DNA of 64,000 nucleotides from Mizuhopecten yessoensis (Eukaryota), in assembly GCF_002113885.1 (NCBI RefSeq), contig NW_018408913.1, positions 451,537 through 515,536 on the forward strand. The letters run 5' to 3'. The notes under the pieces are model-generated. The model saw only the letters and a program-made list of their open reading frames with translations, made no database searches and was not told where the DNA came from. Shown here in pieces: positions 1 through 13,200 of the stretch. Within the stretch, counting starts at the first letter, position 1; each line of letters opens with the position of its first letter. A program made the position numbers and the translations under genes.

Positions 1-370
1 TACAATAGTGACTGAATTACTTCTATTTTACACCTCACAATGGTGACTGAATTACTACTATTTTACACCTCACACTGGTGACTGAATTACTTCTATTTTA
101 CACCTCACAATGGTGACTGAATTACTTCTGTATCTACACCTCACACTGGTGACTGTATTACTACTGTATCTACACCTCACAATGGCGACTGAATTACTTC
201 TGTATCTACAGCTCACAATGGTGACTGAATTACTTCTGTATCTACACCTCACAATGGTGACTGAATTACTNTCACGATGGTGACTGAATTACTACTGTAT
301 CTAAACTTCAAAATGGTGACTGAACTTCTACTGTACATGTATCTGCACCTCGTAATGGCAACTGAATTAG
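1..370. repeat. 36-bp minisatellite (truncated by window start)
   Basis: Unit ~CTCACAATGGTGACTGAATTACTTCTGTATCTACAC, about 10 copies, with an 'n' at 271. Confidence 0.95.
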
Positions 371-1277
371 TGATAATTGCAACTATTTTCTGTTGAAAAA
401 CAACATACATTTGTTTTGAAAAAGATGGTTTATTGTCATTATCATTTGTTTCTGACATAAAATCGATTCTCAAATAATATTAACACTGCGTTGACATTGT
501 TGTTATTATTAAACCTGTGTATGATATATTTACTAATGTGTACAATGCTTGTCCTTATCTCTGTAAACTTTGTAAAACATTCTTCATGTTGATGTCAAGT
601 AAACATTACATGTTAATTGTACATACAAATGTCATAAAAGAGATCAAGAGCATTTTATAAGATGTACAGGAAGAAAACAATTGAAAGAACCCATTTGAGG
701 TAGAATTAAACTCTCACCTTACCCTGTTAAAGAGCTAGTGTCTCACCATGGAGTGTGACTAAATCTATTTTCATGGTCTTACATATTAATTTCTGCTGCA
801 AAACAGGATTCATTTCAAAATGTAAAATTTGATCACAAGCAAGATACATACAAATTATTGAAGATAGTATAACATTTATGATATTGTAACTGAGATTCTC
901 AAAAATTGCATTAATTTATTTTTAGGCGTTTTTTGTCTTTATTTGGGACTCAATTAACATTCTTACAAATATTTTTACTTAACTTAGTAGCAAACAGTAA
1001 AATCAGAAAGCTTTTTTGTGGTTTTATTTTTTAGCATCGACAAGAGGGCAAATTGGTTTCAAAAGGAAAGAAGGTAAAAATTGTACAGTCACAGTAATTT
1101 TACAATGAATCACGTAACTGGACAACTTCATGTAAATAATATTATTGACGACCATGATAGCAATAAAAACAACCCATTAAGTATAAGTTAGTGCACATTA
1201 CAAGTTTGTAGAGAAACACATTGCCACTGATCCAAGGTCACAGCCGACAAAGTCAGAGGTCATCACAAGGCTACACT

Positions 1278-1343
1278 AAGGGTCATCTGGTACAAGACAA
1301 AGAGGGTTTGCATCTTGTTCCGTCATTGTAAGCGCCTCCTCCT
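1278..1343 (-). promoter_or_regulatory. SECIS element in the SELENOW 3'UTR exon (exon begins at 1363 after ttattttag)
   Basis: Minus strand reads AUGAC-GGAACAAGAU-GC-AAA-CCCUCUUU-GUCUUGUACC-AGAU. This gives an AUGA/GA kink-turn core (1322-1326 with 1285-1288), a 10-bp helix II with one A-A mismatch, and unpaired AAA in the apical loop. It lies downstream of a gene with an in-frame UGA. Confidence 0.92.
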
Positions 1344-1451
1344 GATACCTCCAAGTTCTTCAGCTAAAATAACCAAAAACGAAAAAGGATTCCAAATTTT
1401 AACTTCGATACACTTAGAACTATTAGCCTCTAGCCTCACAATAATTATATA

Positions 1452-1656
1452 CTGTATAACATGAATGCTTCGTTGTGTATAAACATTCATTGTTTTCGTG
1501 GTTGTTGTAGAACCACGAAAATAAATACAATGAATTTGAATGAAACAAGTCTACTGTTTGTTAATAAAGGATATCCACGAAAGTTTGTACCACGAAACAA
1601 TCTAAATGGCTTCAAACCACGATGGAGAGTACCCACGAACATTTCGTGTTATACAG
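1452..1656. mobile_element. MITE, Tc1/mariner-like (TA target duplication)
   Basis: ta|CTGTATAACATGAA ... TTCGTGTTATACAG|ta terminal inverted repeats; non-coding interior. Confidence 0.7.
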
Positions 1657-1936
1657 TACTGTGAGGCTATGGTTGGCTCGACTATGCAAATTCTCCCTTA
1701 CATCAAGACAGAGATGTTAAATGGAGTTTTAATTCTGAGTCCCAAAAAAATCTGATACCAGTACTGATATCAATAAACAATCCAGCCAACTGTAATGGTA
1801 AACTATCTGGTCTTACAGAAAAGTAAATGTCACTAAAATGTTAACATTAACATTTGGACAGGGGGCTTTTCCCGACGTTTTTAAACTACAACACTTTTAC
1901 TTACTGCGATCCTTGACCTGTGGCCACTTTCCTACA

Positions 1937-4900
1937 TCAAGAGGCTGCCTCAACAGCCTTCACGATCTTATCCAATTTGGCATCAGTGTCAACATAGCCA
2001 TCACTATTCTGGTGGGTGCAAACCAAAAGAAATTAATGTGTAAATCATGAAATAGGAATGCATATATGACATGAACATTCTACAGAAATCCTGCAAAAAC
2101 CATATACTATATTACATGTATATATCTATACCTCTCGCAACCACTCTAGCTTTCCTCATTTCAAACTCATTTGATAGACCTGCCAGAAATTGGGAAACCT
2201 TTTTGATTAATGACAAATGAGTACCACCATGATAACACTACAATGGCCGATATTCATGAAAATGTTCTTATGCTCAGGCATGGATTCTGTGCTCAAATCA
2301 ACTTTCTTGTTACTCGCTCAAATCATGTGACACAATCAAAAGTCAAGGGTTAACATTGAAAATGGTATCTGGCTTCAAAAATCTCTCTAAAATTCCTCAA
2401 AATTATGGACAAGATGTGCTTTTTTGTTGACTAGAAACAGGGTTTGGGCACAGAATCTGAGTTTGAGCATGGTTTCATGTTTCATGAATGCTAACCCAGG
2501 TATTTCATTGGTCAATCTTCTTATTATGAGGATAAGTAACAATGCTTGGCAACATCATCTTTCATTGTGACGTCATAATTCATGGAAAGTGTTTGCCTAT
2601 TGGGAACAGGGATAATCAGGAATAACGTATTTCCAAAAGAAATATTGTTTCCTGGATATATTATCTGAATGTTCTTCTTCTTTATACGAGGGCTCCATCA
2701 GTTTGATGATTATGCCATCGTGGGAGAAGAAAGTCTCCAAACTTGTAATGGGTTTGGTTATGATGTTTATCTAACTTTCGTTAGTTAACTTTAAAATCTA
2801 GGTAAACCCAGTGTCTTTGTACAATTTGAAAAGTAACTAACTCAAAATAAATAAACATTATAACCTACCATCACAAGTGTGGAGATCCTTATATTGTATT
2901 AACTGTATTACATTTATATATGCAAGTATGCTCCAATAAACATTCACACGGGGATACAAGCTTTAAGTACAGATTCTTAGACTAGAATTTAGACAGAAAT
3001 TGACCCAAAACCATACAGGTACATGTGATAATGCAAGTTTCTTGAAGTAAAATCTAGGATAAGAGTTGACCCAAAGCCATGCTGGTATGTATCAACTGAT
3101 TAAGATTCCTGGGCTAGAATTAGGCAAGAATTGACCTAAAACTATACAGCCATGGGCCAGTGCAAACTATGGTGAAGGGGAGATAATTACCTTCTTACTG
3201 TGGATAAGTTTGTCGTTTACAGAAACTTCAAAGAATCCTGTTACATTTGGTGTGGCATAGTGGTCCTGTAACAACACAGTCAGAGTTAGAAATAATCATA
3301 CAAATGCATATCATACTCAATCCATTTTTAAATGTACCTAAGTTTCCAGTGAACCAATTGTTTTTGTCATTTCTAGACAAGCAATGCCTATAAAATACTA
3401 GAGCTCTATAAAAGCGTATTCTACATAATTTAAGAAATGCTTAAAAGTATTTAAAGGAAGAAAAAAAATTAGATTTGAACAAAAAAAAAATCAGCTTGTG
3501 TCAATTATACCCTTGAATATTATTCTTTGAATTTATATCCAAGCCGCATTTGTAAATTAAAACTTCTACCAGATACAACCTTTCTTAAATTACAACTCGG
3601 ATAGCAATAATCCAAATATGCAAGAAAACTTCTCAAATTATATCAAAACCTTGTTACACTGTCACCGTGTGTACAGAGAAATTTTGGCTTTATAAGGGAT
3701 TTGGCGATATTTATAGAAAAGTATGAAGGAAGTCTCAAGAAAAAGATAAAAATGAACCTTGAAATATGTCAGTGGTAAGTACGGTCACAAATGGAACAAG
3801 GGGCGATATTGAGGTTTAACTGTATATAAATCAATTCTGTATAATATTTTTTTGCCATTGATGAAGATTTCACTAGTTTAATTCAGCCACTTATTAGGCT
3901 TATAACAAAAAAATAAATCAAAATCTTTTCATGATCACTGCTCAAGATATACAATCATCATACAGCATCTTTTTCTTATATACAATGAGTCAAATGAAAA
4001 TTATTGTTAATACATGTGTACAGGATATCTAATAGTTTTCCATTGAATGCCATAACTATTTAAAGAGTATGGCAAGATACCTGTACCAATATCTTTTAAA
4101 ATCTTGTGAAGCACAAGTGACAATATTGGTTTACTCTGCCATACAAGTGAAATTTATATGGTATTCATTTGCAAAACCAATGTATTTTCTGTTCATTATA
4201 TTTTAAAACTAACTTCCATGAAAAAAATGTTACTGGATCTAAACAGTAAGGGATTTAGAAAATAGCATAATCTTAGCAACATGATCTAAAGACATCACAC
4301 TTATCGATTTTGATTGGGTTACTCAACACCGTCCTACATTATTTTGCTTTTATCTAGTAAGATTTGCTCACAAAATGTTATCAATAGTTTAGTTAAGTAT
4401 CTTAGAGTATGAAGCAAAGATGTACCTAAACAACCACTATGGTCACTTCATCTGGGCCTTACACGAAAACCTGTGGCTCTGGATGCAGCAAAAAGGAAGA
4501 ACCGTTTTGTTTGGTCAATACAAAAAGTGAATTCACTGTGACAAATAAAGCAGATTTTGTTTAATGTCACTTCTCATTTTCATCAGAAGATTTTTTTTAT
4601 ATTTTTCAGAACGTGACATAACAGAAAATGTGTTTGCTATGTTTTTAGCAGTCAATACCCAAAAGTGACCATATTTAAAAGTCTAAGTGAACACTTCTGA
4701 TATCTGTCACAGTGTACTGTTATCAAGTTGACAGAATTCAGTATATCTCAGGCAGAAGTATAATAAATTGATTTTGATTGTGCAAAGTGTATGTATTGTA
4801 TTTTATGGTATTGATTATTTTTTTTATTATACTATGTTATTATACACTTTTTCAAACTCTAGGTTCAAATTTTGAAGTGACAAAAGTTTGGAAATTGCCA

Positions 4901-7900
4901 GTATACAGGACCTACCATAGTGACGCCATTTCCAAATTTCTTCTGAAGCTGATTCTTCAACTTCTGAAACTGAAAATGTAAAAAAAAAGCATGAATAAAT
5001 AGAGTAATTTTCCATTTTAATCAATTCTATCTATATTCAATACACATGCCACACTGCTAAACTGCTAGCCACTTTCTATCAACTCTGTTAGCTCATCTGG
5101 AAGAGCATCAAAGACAGACTTGTAAGTGGATGCAATGAAAAATAATTACCACTGTAGTGTTACAAACAAGTTATCATCCTTGATACTCCAGGGGTTCGCT
5201 CACTTACGTTCTCTACACCCCTGGAATATTTCATGACGAAATCAAAGGCTGATTAGTGTGCGCCATCTTGAAAAAGAGATAAGAAGTTTGATCCTTTGAT
5301 GTACATTGTACATAAATAATCTCATGGTTGTTTAATGGTAAATTTGACTGACTTTGAAGCCGGGTATTGCCCCTCTGTAATCTTCAAAGGACAGGTATCT
5401 GCCTAGCGATTGGTCAATTATTTTTTTTACCCGAGACCAATCAAATAGATAGCCACATGCCTTCAATTTTCTATGACATTTTCCAGGATTGCTGAGAGCG
5501 AAAGTGAGCATAACCCCTGGAGTATCGAGGATGCTACATTATATCCATGCAGGTTACAACAGATTCAGAACATGGATACTGTCCATCCTTCAGATTCAAA
5601 ACATAATGTTTGTTTGTTTGTGTTTATATTTAACAGCCCATCGACAACTGTGGTCATTTAGGCCTGAACTGACACGTCGTTGACCGTGACATTGTCAACC
5701 GGCGCCTTGCCTCGAGTTACCTGTGCGCAAAAGGGTGCAGCAATGTCTGCACTCTCGACTATCCTCATTTATACATAAATGTCTATCCTACAAACGCAAT
5801 ACAATATACATAAGGTCCTTAAACAGATATAACATATTTCTAGACCACTGTTTCAATAAACTGATTTAACACATCTTTATATACATTCAACCACAAATTC
5901 AATTCACATAATTATAATGTTAACCAATACAATTGAATGTCATAGCTATATATATAATGGTTTTAAATATAGAGCCTACCAAATAATTTCATTTCAGTAA
6001 AAGAAAAACAAATGATACTTTATTCAAATTCAGATTTATTTATTCTAATTGTTTTTTAAGGTGTACAGTAAATTGTATCGATGTAATACCAAAATTGTCT
6101 CTAGAAAAATAACTACAGGACACCAACTCATCAGAATCAATGGAAGACATGTACAGAACACACACACTCTTTTGACACAAACTAAGAGCAAACATTAACT
6201 TCTGAATTTGTAAGGTGTCAATTATGACCAACTGATCTGTTTAATACGGACAAACTTTTATTAAATATTACACTGCCACTAATTATATATCAACAGCCAA
6301 CAACAATTAGTCTAGGATTTAAATTCTGCTATGGATGAAACCTCTGGAGTGGTTTTTTAAATGTGATACAGATTTTATCACATGCATTTCACATTTTCAT
6401 AGTGACAATAAATTATAATTATACTGTTAGTTTTACACTCTAGCTACCAAGGCTAATAATTCCACTTTTAATGGATTATTTGATGTGGGTTAATTAGAAT
6501 CAAAAGATGAAATTAGACAGTACAGAACAATCTTCAAACAACCAACATCACTGTAATTAGAGTTGTAGCCATGTATGAAATATAAGCAGGTCAGGAGAGG
6601 TGTTGGATATATCACAGAAAATCAGCACGGGAGAGCTGAGGTTATAGCCTGCTGCCAGCTGTCACATCAACCCACAGGTAGTCAATCATACACGGGAGTG
6701 TTCAGGGATGGAACACAGGTCCAGATATATAACACACACACATATATGGAAATGTACAAAATGTGAATGTAAAATAGGGGTTTGTAAGTGGAGGGAAGAC
6801 GAGAGGTTAAAGATCCCTGTCTTTAACTGTTTAAAGTCAAGATCAGTCACTTATATAAACCTATGAAAAATGAAATAAAAATAAAATTTGTTACCAACCT
6901 ATTCTATTTTGTTCAGACATGTAACAGGAAACAAACATGTACTTTTTGTTTTGCCTTACTGTATTCTGCCTAGTAAGCATCTGAGCACTGCGAAAATTGC
7001 AGAATCTTCCAAAATTCTCAAATAATAATCATAATAGACATTTTCAACCAAGTTAGTAAATTATGGTGAAATCTAGAAGACATACTTACTTTGGGGGCGT
7101 ACCCTCATGCACCACTGAAACATAAATGAAATGTGTAAACAAGAATTAATCAGAAAATGATAAATTAATTTCCAGACAATCAAGATAACTGCAGGTATCA
7201 ACAGAAAGATCTGCTGAATATGAAGTGATTTGTTATACATCATCACATGTACAATGTTACTGAGAACAAATATAACACAAGCAAATTCGTGGAATATTTA
7301 TCCCCCGCTTGAAGGACATATTGTAGGTTAAAATTATTGAGGTTAGGTTTAAACATGCGAGTATCTTGCTGTTGAGACATAATGTATAGCTTGAAACTTG
7401 AAGAAAAGCCCTAGACCTCATTGAATATCCGTAAATATGCACAAATCACATCAGTTGGCAAACTAAGCATGAGTTAGATGTGCATACGGAATATGGTTGA
7501 AGCATCTTAACAATATCTACAGCAATTATCACACGAAAACCAAAGAGTGCCCGAGATGGGTGGAAAGACAAAGGAACACAAACATTGTTATCAAGTTTGA
7601 AGGAATTTGGCTAATATTTGCTGGAGTCCAATTAAAGTGGTTGTCAAACTTGGCTGAGCCCTTAATACGTTGAACCCTGTTACTAAGTTTCAAGACAATC
7701 GGATAATATTTGCGAGAGTAAATTACAGAAACGGCAAATGATGCTTTTCGTTATTCAAGGGGCCATAACTTCGCAAAATGGGGTCCAATGAAAGTGGTCA
7801 TCAAACTTGGCCCAGCCCTTAACGAATTCAACCCTGTGACCAAGTTTGAAGAAATCTGTTAACATTTGTTGTAGTTATTGCACGGAAATGAAACGCAGCA

Positions 7901-9576
7901 GATAGTGACGGTTTTGTTATTCAAGGTGCCATAACTCCGCAAAATAGTGTCAACTGAAAGTGGTCATCGAACTTGGCCGAGCCCTTGAGGCATTTAACCC
8001 TGTGACCAAGTTTGAAGAAATTTGATTAACATTTGTTGTAGTTATTGAACGTTAACGAAACGCGGCAGATAATGATGGTTTTAATTATTCAAGGGGCCAT
8101 ATAACTCTGCTAAATGGGGTCAGCTTAAAGTGGTCATCAAACTTGGCCGAGCCCTTAAGGCATTTAATTCTGTAACCAAGTTTGAAAAAGAAATTGGTTA
8201 ACATTTGTTGTAGTTATTGCACAGAAATGAAACCCAACAGATAATGAAGTTTTTTGTTATTCAAGGGGCCATAACTCCGCCAAATATGGTCCGCTGAAAG
8301 TGGTCATCGAACCTGGCTGAGCCCGCCATTTAGCCCTGTGACCAAGTTTGAAGAAAATTGGTTAATATTTGTTGTAGTTATAATTGCACAGAAACGAAGC
8401 ATGACAGACAGGTGGACATACAGACAGACGAACAAATCCAAATTAATATTCCCGGGGGATAATAGCAATACGAGACAAGGGAAGGAACAACAAATGTACA
8501 GGATCGACAGTGAAAATGTCTATATCATTGTAAGACATTCACTCTTTTGGCCATCAGTATGTAGCAGTCAGTATATAGACCTGACCAAGATAACAAACTG
8601 GGACCAGCGTGTTCAAGCTAGCTTCGTACACCGATAAAAACATCATAAAACATGTAACCCCTATATCAACATTGTGACATGTGTTTTTTACGTGGGTTTT
8701 CTGTACATATAACATTACTTGTATGTATTATAATCCAGTAGCCCATGCTACAGAATATTGCATGCATTATATAACTAATGCAGCAGAGATATTTCTTTAA
8801 TGAATATTAATGTTAGATTTAGGGAAATACAGAATGCGAAGGACCAATCAAATGATTTTGAGGAATTTACCTTTTTGTGATTTGGGGAAAAGCATACACA
8901 CTGACATTATATGGATATAGTTTTCGAACATTGAAATTCAAATTTTATAATACAGTATGTGCATTCTTTTACATTTTCTGTTTTTTTTTGTGTTTTTTAT
9001 ATATATTTCTCATATACAGAAAATGGAAATTTCCAAAAAAAAAAAGAGTACACTTTTTCTGGATGGGGAAATATATTACAGAATAAAACAATAGTTTTAA
9101 GTTTTAGCTAAGCTAAGAATCTTAACGATAGGTGGATTTTTCTCAACAGGAAATTCACCATATCCAGTTAGATTTTGGCCTAGATTGATTCCTGACCTTT
9201 TATACCTTTTGTAATAATTAAATGAAAAATAGGACTTAGTCAAAACTATACAGGAAATTCATCAATTTATATTACATGATATACAGATATCATGCATTGA
9301 ATACAGAGCAAAAAACCCTCTGGATCCGCCACTGCTGTATCTTACATAAATCTCCATATTGTGGCTGGAAGTTTTACTGGTGGGTCAATATAAAAAAAAT
9401 ATTCGACAGTTGCCTAGTACAAGTGTAATGATCACACTTGTACTGTTCTGTCGATTTTTTTTAAAGAGGAACCTGACCCTGTAAGACACCCATGCAATTA
9501 TCTGGCATTTAAAAATGTTAATTAACAAAACAACTTAAAATGCATACCAATACTCCACGTGTACTTTTACGACCAT
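1937..9576 (-). CDS. SELENOW: Selenoprotein W (Rdx family, CxxU), 84 aa, 5 coding exons
   Basis: Exons 9576-9548, 7114-7090, 4969-4916, 3265-3191 and 2008-1937 (this exon continues to a donor at 1905). All introns are GT-AG with consistent phase. Translation: MVVKVHVEYCGAUGYAPKFQKLKNQLQKKFGNGVTMDHYATPNVTGFFEVSVNDKLIHSKKNSDGYVDTDAKLDKIVKAVEAAS*. SelW hallmarks YCGAUGY, TGFFEV and LIHSKK..DGYVDT are present, with a SECIS downstream. Probable 5'UTR micro-exon at 9709-9687. Confidence 0.96.
2244..2498. mobile_element. MITE-like element with ~50-bp imperfect inverted ends
   Basis: Left ATTCATGAAA..ATGCTCA..GATTCTGTGCTCAAA is the reverse complement of right TTTGGGCACAGAATC..TGAGCAT..TTTCATGAAT. 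Confidence 0.6.
2733..2886. repeat. Fold-back inverted repeat (probable MITE remnant)
   Basis: TCTCCAAACTTGTAATGG..GGTTATGATGTTTAT pairs with ATAAACATTATAACC..CCATCACAAGTGTGGAGA; inner TTAGTTA/TAACTAA arms. Confidence 0.6.
5208..5441 (-). promoter_or_regulatory. Candidate internal promoter and alternative first exon of SELENOW
   Basis: Two oppositely oriented CCAAT boxes (5409-5413, 5437-5441) and a YY1-type AAGATGGCG (5269-5261). ATG at 5234 gives MKYSRGVEN, followed by a consensus donor AAC|GTAAGT after 5208, in phase 0 with exon 4969-4916. Confidence 0.45.
7105..7107 (-). other. SELENOW: In-frame UGA selenocysteine codon (Sec13 of SELENOW)
   Basis: 25-nt exon T GGT GCA TGA GGG TAC GCC CCC AAA, flanked by tttcag and gtaagt; completes CGAUGY. 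Confidence 0.95.
7537..8463. mobile_element. Non-autonomous Helentron/HINE-like element with internal ~167-bp tandem repeats
   Basis: About 5 diverged units (anchor TCAAACTTGG/TCGAACTTGG near 7644, 7801, 7967, 8137, 8307; core AAGGGGCCATAACTC). They are followed by a GACA/GGAC microsatellite-like tract (8403-8430) and a short GC palindrome, the layout typical of bivalve repeat-carrying rolling-circle elements. Confidence 0.65.
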
Positions 9577-9709
9577 GCTGATAGATCTCTGAGGCACACA
9601 GTGACAAACGTCCAGCTAATGTTTACAGTCTTATTTATGGTGATGGTGTAACGCTGTGGCGGTGTATAGGCAAATTGTATGCTTACTTATAGTTCCGACT
9701 ATGATTGAG

Positions 9710-10204
9710 CTAAAAATCAGATTACACTCGATACAAATGTCACAATCAATAAAGGTAGAACTTTCCAAAATATAGATTAAGGAAATCTCAAGAAGTCTAA
9801 TTTGTATTTCAATTGCGATAGAAAAAATATACTCTATTGACTAACCAGTACATTACGTAACACATGTTAGATCCAACACTGTTCTATTTTTGAGATGGTC
9901 CCCGCGCCAAACGATCCCCGCCCGGTTCTGACTGCCTTAAAATGAGAAATCATAGTTTATGAAATGCATTACATTTTTTAAGTTATTGTGCGCTATAAGT
10001 GAAATTATCAACTGTAAGCCTAAGTGATTTGTTTTTCGAAAGTCCGTTTCCAAAAAGGATTTTTTTTGAAAAAGACTATAGACTGTCAAGTATACTGCGC
10101 GCGCATTCACTATCATTCGATTTAGCGCCATTTATGAGAGGGGTTTTGTTGACAGTCACGAAAAGGGCGCTAATGTAGGCAAAGAAGTCAATTTGCCGAA
10201 GAAG
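9710..10204. promoter_or_regulatory. Bidirectional promoter region between SELENOW (-) and the Kelch gene (+)
   Basis: Divergent start codons about 630 bp apart; locally CpG-enriched; TGCGCGCGCA (NRF1-like) at ~10096; AAGATGGC YY1-type motif over the Kelch ATG. Confidence 0.6.
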
Positions 10205-13200
10205 ATGGCAGATCTTAAGATTTATAGTATAAACAGTACACGAGAACCTCCAAGTGAATTGAAGTAAGTATGAACCATCTAAGAAAGAAATGCGAAGCCT
10301 TTTCTTGATATCAAGGCCGGCAGGTGATCGGCAAAAGATCGGACTGAAAGTGAAACAGTTTTTTTTTCTTAAATATTAGATGTGAGATGGTTATAATCAG
10401 TTATAAAAAGAAAATGCGTTCTGTGTAAAGCAATAGAACGTGTCTACTCTATCAGAAAAAATATAGCTGAGCCTTTTCTTTGAACGTAAGAAGGTCTGGT
10501 AACCGTGAGGTTGGACATCGCCTGATCCAGTATTAAATTACACTGCATATCTCAAAGGCATCTTAATTTTGATCAGTAAGTTGATCAATACAGCAGAGTT
10601 GAACTATCGACCCAAAACACATCTCAATATATGAATTATAAATACTTTTTTTTATATATATATATACATGAGGCATCTTTTTATTAGGGGGGGGGGATTC
10701 TTTAGTCTATGGCTATAAAGTATTAATTGCTGATAAAATTTTAAAGGCTTGTTAATAATTGTAGCCACATATACTGTCCAGCATGTGTGACAATTGTTAA
10801 TTGTCCTTGAAATGATCATACAGTCAACCTACTTAATATTTTTTTAAATGTGGTTTTCAAGTTCATTTGAAAAATCTAAAATTTGGTAAATTGCTAATGG
10901 CAAAAAGACTATCTTACTCAACTAAATTAATGAAATATTCAAATAAAGCACAAAATCCAAAGTAAAGTAAGGAACCTTGTTTTGACTTTGGCAGGCCTTT
11001 GTTTGTATATATTGAATATGATTATATATATTTAATAGCACTAAGATAACAAATCAAAATATATCATAGTTGAGATATACTGAAGAAGCAGATTTTACTT
11101 TAAATTTCGAAATTTAGTTGAACAGGCCACTATTCACAGCAACAGTAATACTGATGTTCAGTTTAAACTTTGAACTATGTATTTGGATGGGTTTGCAAAA
11201 ATAAGGATAATAGTTGTCTATGTTCATTTACATTTGAACTTATTAATAATGTAACAGAATGTTGAAACATGCATTTAACAAGAGGACAGAAGTAACAGCT
11301 GTGAAAGTGAAGAAAAACTGTGTTCAGTATTTGAACTTTTAAATTTTAATACATATTTCAGCGTTCAGAACAAAGACTTTTTCCATCACCTTCATGACAT
11401 GCCCCTTATATATTTACCAGTCGTTCTCTTTACTTTCGTAGTGAAATTATATTTGTAAAGAAACACTTAGCCGGACATAGTATTTATCAAAGTTTCTGGC
11501 ATGAACTAACCTTACAAACATGACAGAAAACATGTTTTGTGCTAATTCTGTGCGGTATCAACTTCACAGGAAATTTCGATGCTGAAGCCGACACCGTCGG
11601 GTAGTGGTTAAGACTAAGAATGTCAGGCATTCTGTAGTATCACGGATATATATGTATACGTATTGCAACAAAAGAGAGGATCACACTAAATCTTTTATAT
11701 GAATTTATTTTAATTGTTCAGATATATTACTTATTGTAAAAGACACTGAAATCAACCCGGCCATTTCAACCAGCTTTTTCGGAAATAATCGAAAGAGCTC
11801 TTTGATCACATGAGTGCTACTCGAGATCTCTCGTGATTTATCCCTGAAAACATTGTGGAATCTCGTAAGACTTTGAGTAAACAACAACAGGAAAATGGTT
11901 CACCGATCGATCATTAAAAAACGTTAGAGTTTGGGGACTTTTTCGTAAATTCATGTCCCACGCCGTGAGACTTTATCGGAGTTGAAAATCTGTGAGATGT
12001 TGCCTCTCGCCGTGAGTTCGGGCATGTATGACTACAGCAGTAAAACCCTAATTGAGAATATATATATTGTGTTTTTAAAGCAGTGAATATGCACAGCCTG
12101 ACTGGAAGTCGAACCTAGGACTCTAGAATCCTTTTTCTATGTCTTCGCACATGAAGACATCACTATTTACAACCCAGGTGACGGTATCCCCTTGCCAAGT
12201 ATTCACCCAGAATCTGAAACAAGGTTTGGTCATGGTACCATAATAGAGGCGGAAAAAATGCATGGCCAGACTCGGATTTGAACCTGGGACCTTCTGAACT
12301 CTAAACAGACGCTCTATCAATTGAGCTACCAGCGTACAACCAGTCCAGTTCCTATATCATATTGGTGCAAAATGCTACAATGATATAAATCACATGTTAA
12401 GAAATTCTTCAAGAATTCATATCATTTGATTTGTTTTTTACAGAGTTCAAATAAAGGATACTTAATTTGTATGTGAATTTGTATACATTTGATCTTGCAT
12501 ACATTTAGCAGTACATGAAAGATGGAACATGCAGGTGAAAACAGTATACGGCATATTGTTAAATTGATGTCCATCTTATCTTTCAATATATAAAACAAAG
12601 ATAATATATGAGTAAAGAGTTTTAAAAGTGAAATGCTTTATGCTGTTTCAGGGCCAGTGATGGAGGATTCTACCAATACTGTTCAGTTCCGCTGCCTGAT
12701 CAGATGGTCATATTCTGTTTGGGGAAATTTCCTGAGGGTGATGGACATGTGTCGATTGAAGCCACATTTCTTTACAAAGACGACATCTTGACACTGGGCA
12801 CACTCAGTCAAAAGCAAAGGTAATTCAGCATTGGATAGTAATATCTACATTTTTTTTCAAATATTTATGTAAAATTGATAAGTTCGAACTAAATTGTTCA
12901 GCATGTATAAATCTGGCTGGTCCGAGACAAATATATGCTTGATTATTAGAACCGAATGTTTACCTACAGTCTGATTGTAGTGTCACAGTGAGTGCATTAA
13001 TTGAATTGATTAATGATCATATGTAATTCATACATACTTTTTGTCCACGTTTTGGTGATTTGGATTCCTACTTTCACAGTGTCTTTTCATTTGACCGATT
13101 GTTTTGTGGTCTCAGCTGGAGAATTTAAAATTTCAACATTCTTTAAATTAATGTTTCATTTAATAGGCTTTGACTTAGTTACTTGTTTCACTTCAGTGCA

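Noticed and set aside
4438-4673. 11-bp inverted ends TATGGTCACTT/AAGTGACCATA (similar weak case at 15770-15960)
   Set aside because: Possible old MITEs, but too short or imperfect to call without a copy-number search.
6575-6725. GC-richer patch in SELENOW intron 2 with ATGATT..CTGA on the minus strand
   Set aside because: Box C is imperfect, there is no terminal stem or recognisable target, and no convincing exon boundaries.
12262-12333. Functional tRNA gene (also 45015-45089)
   Set aside because: Boxes A and B are present but cloverleaf pairing is broken, and the 45 kb copy continues into a SINE core.
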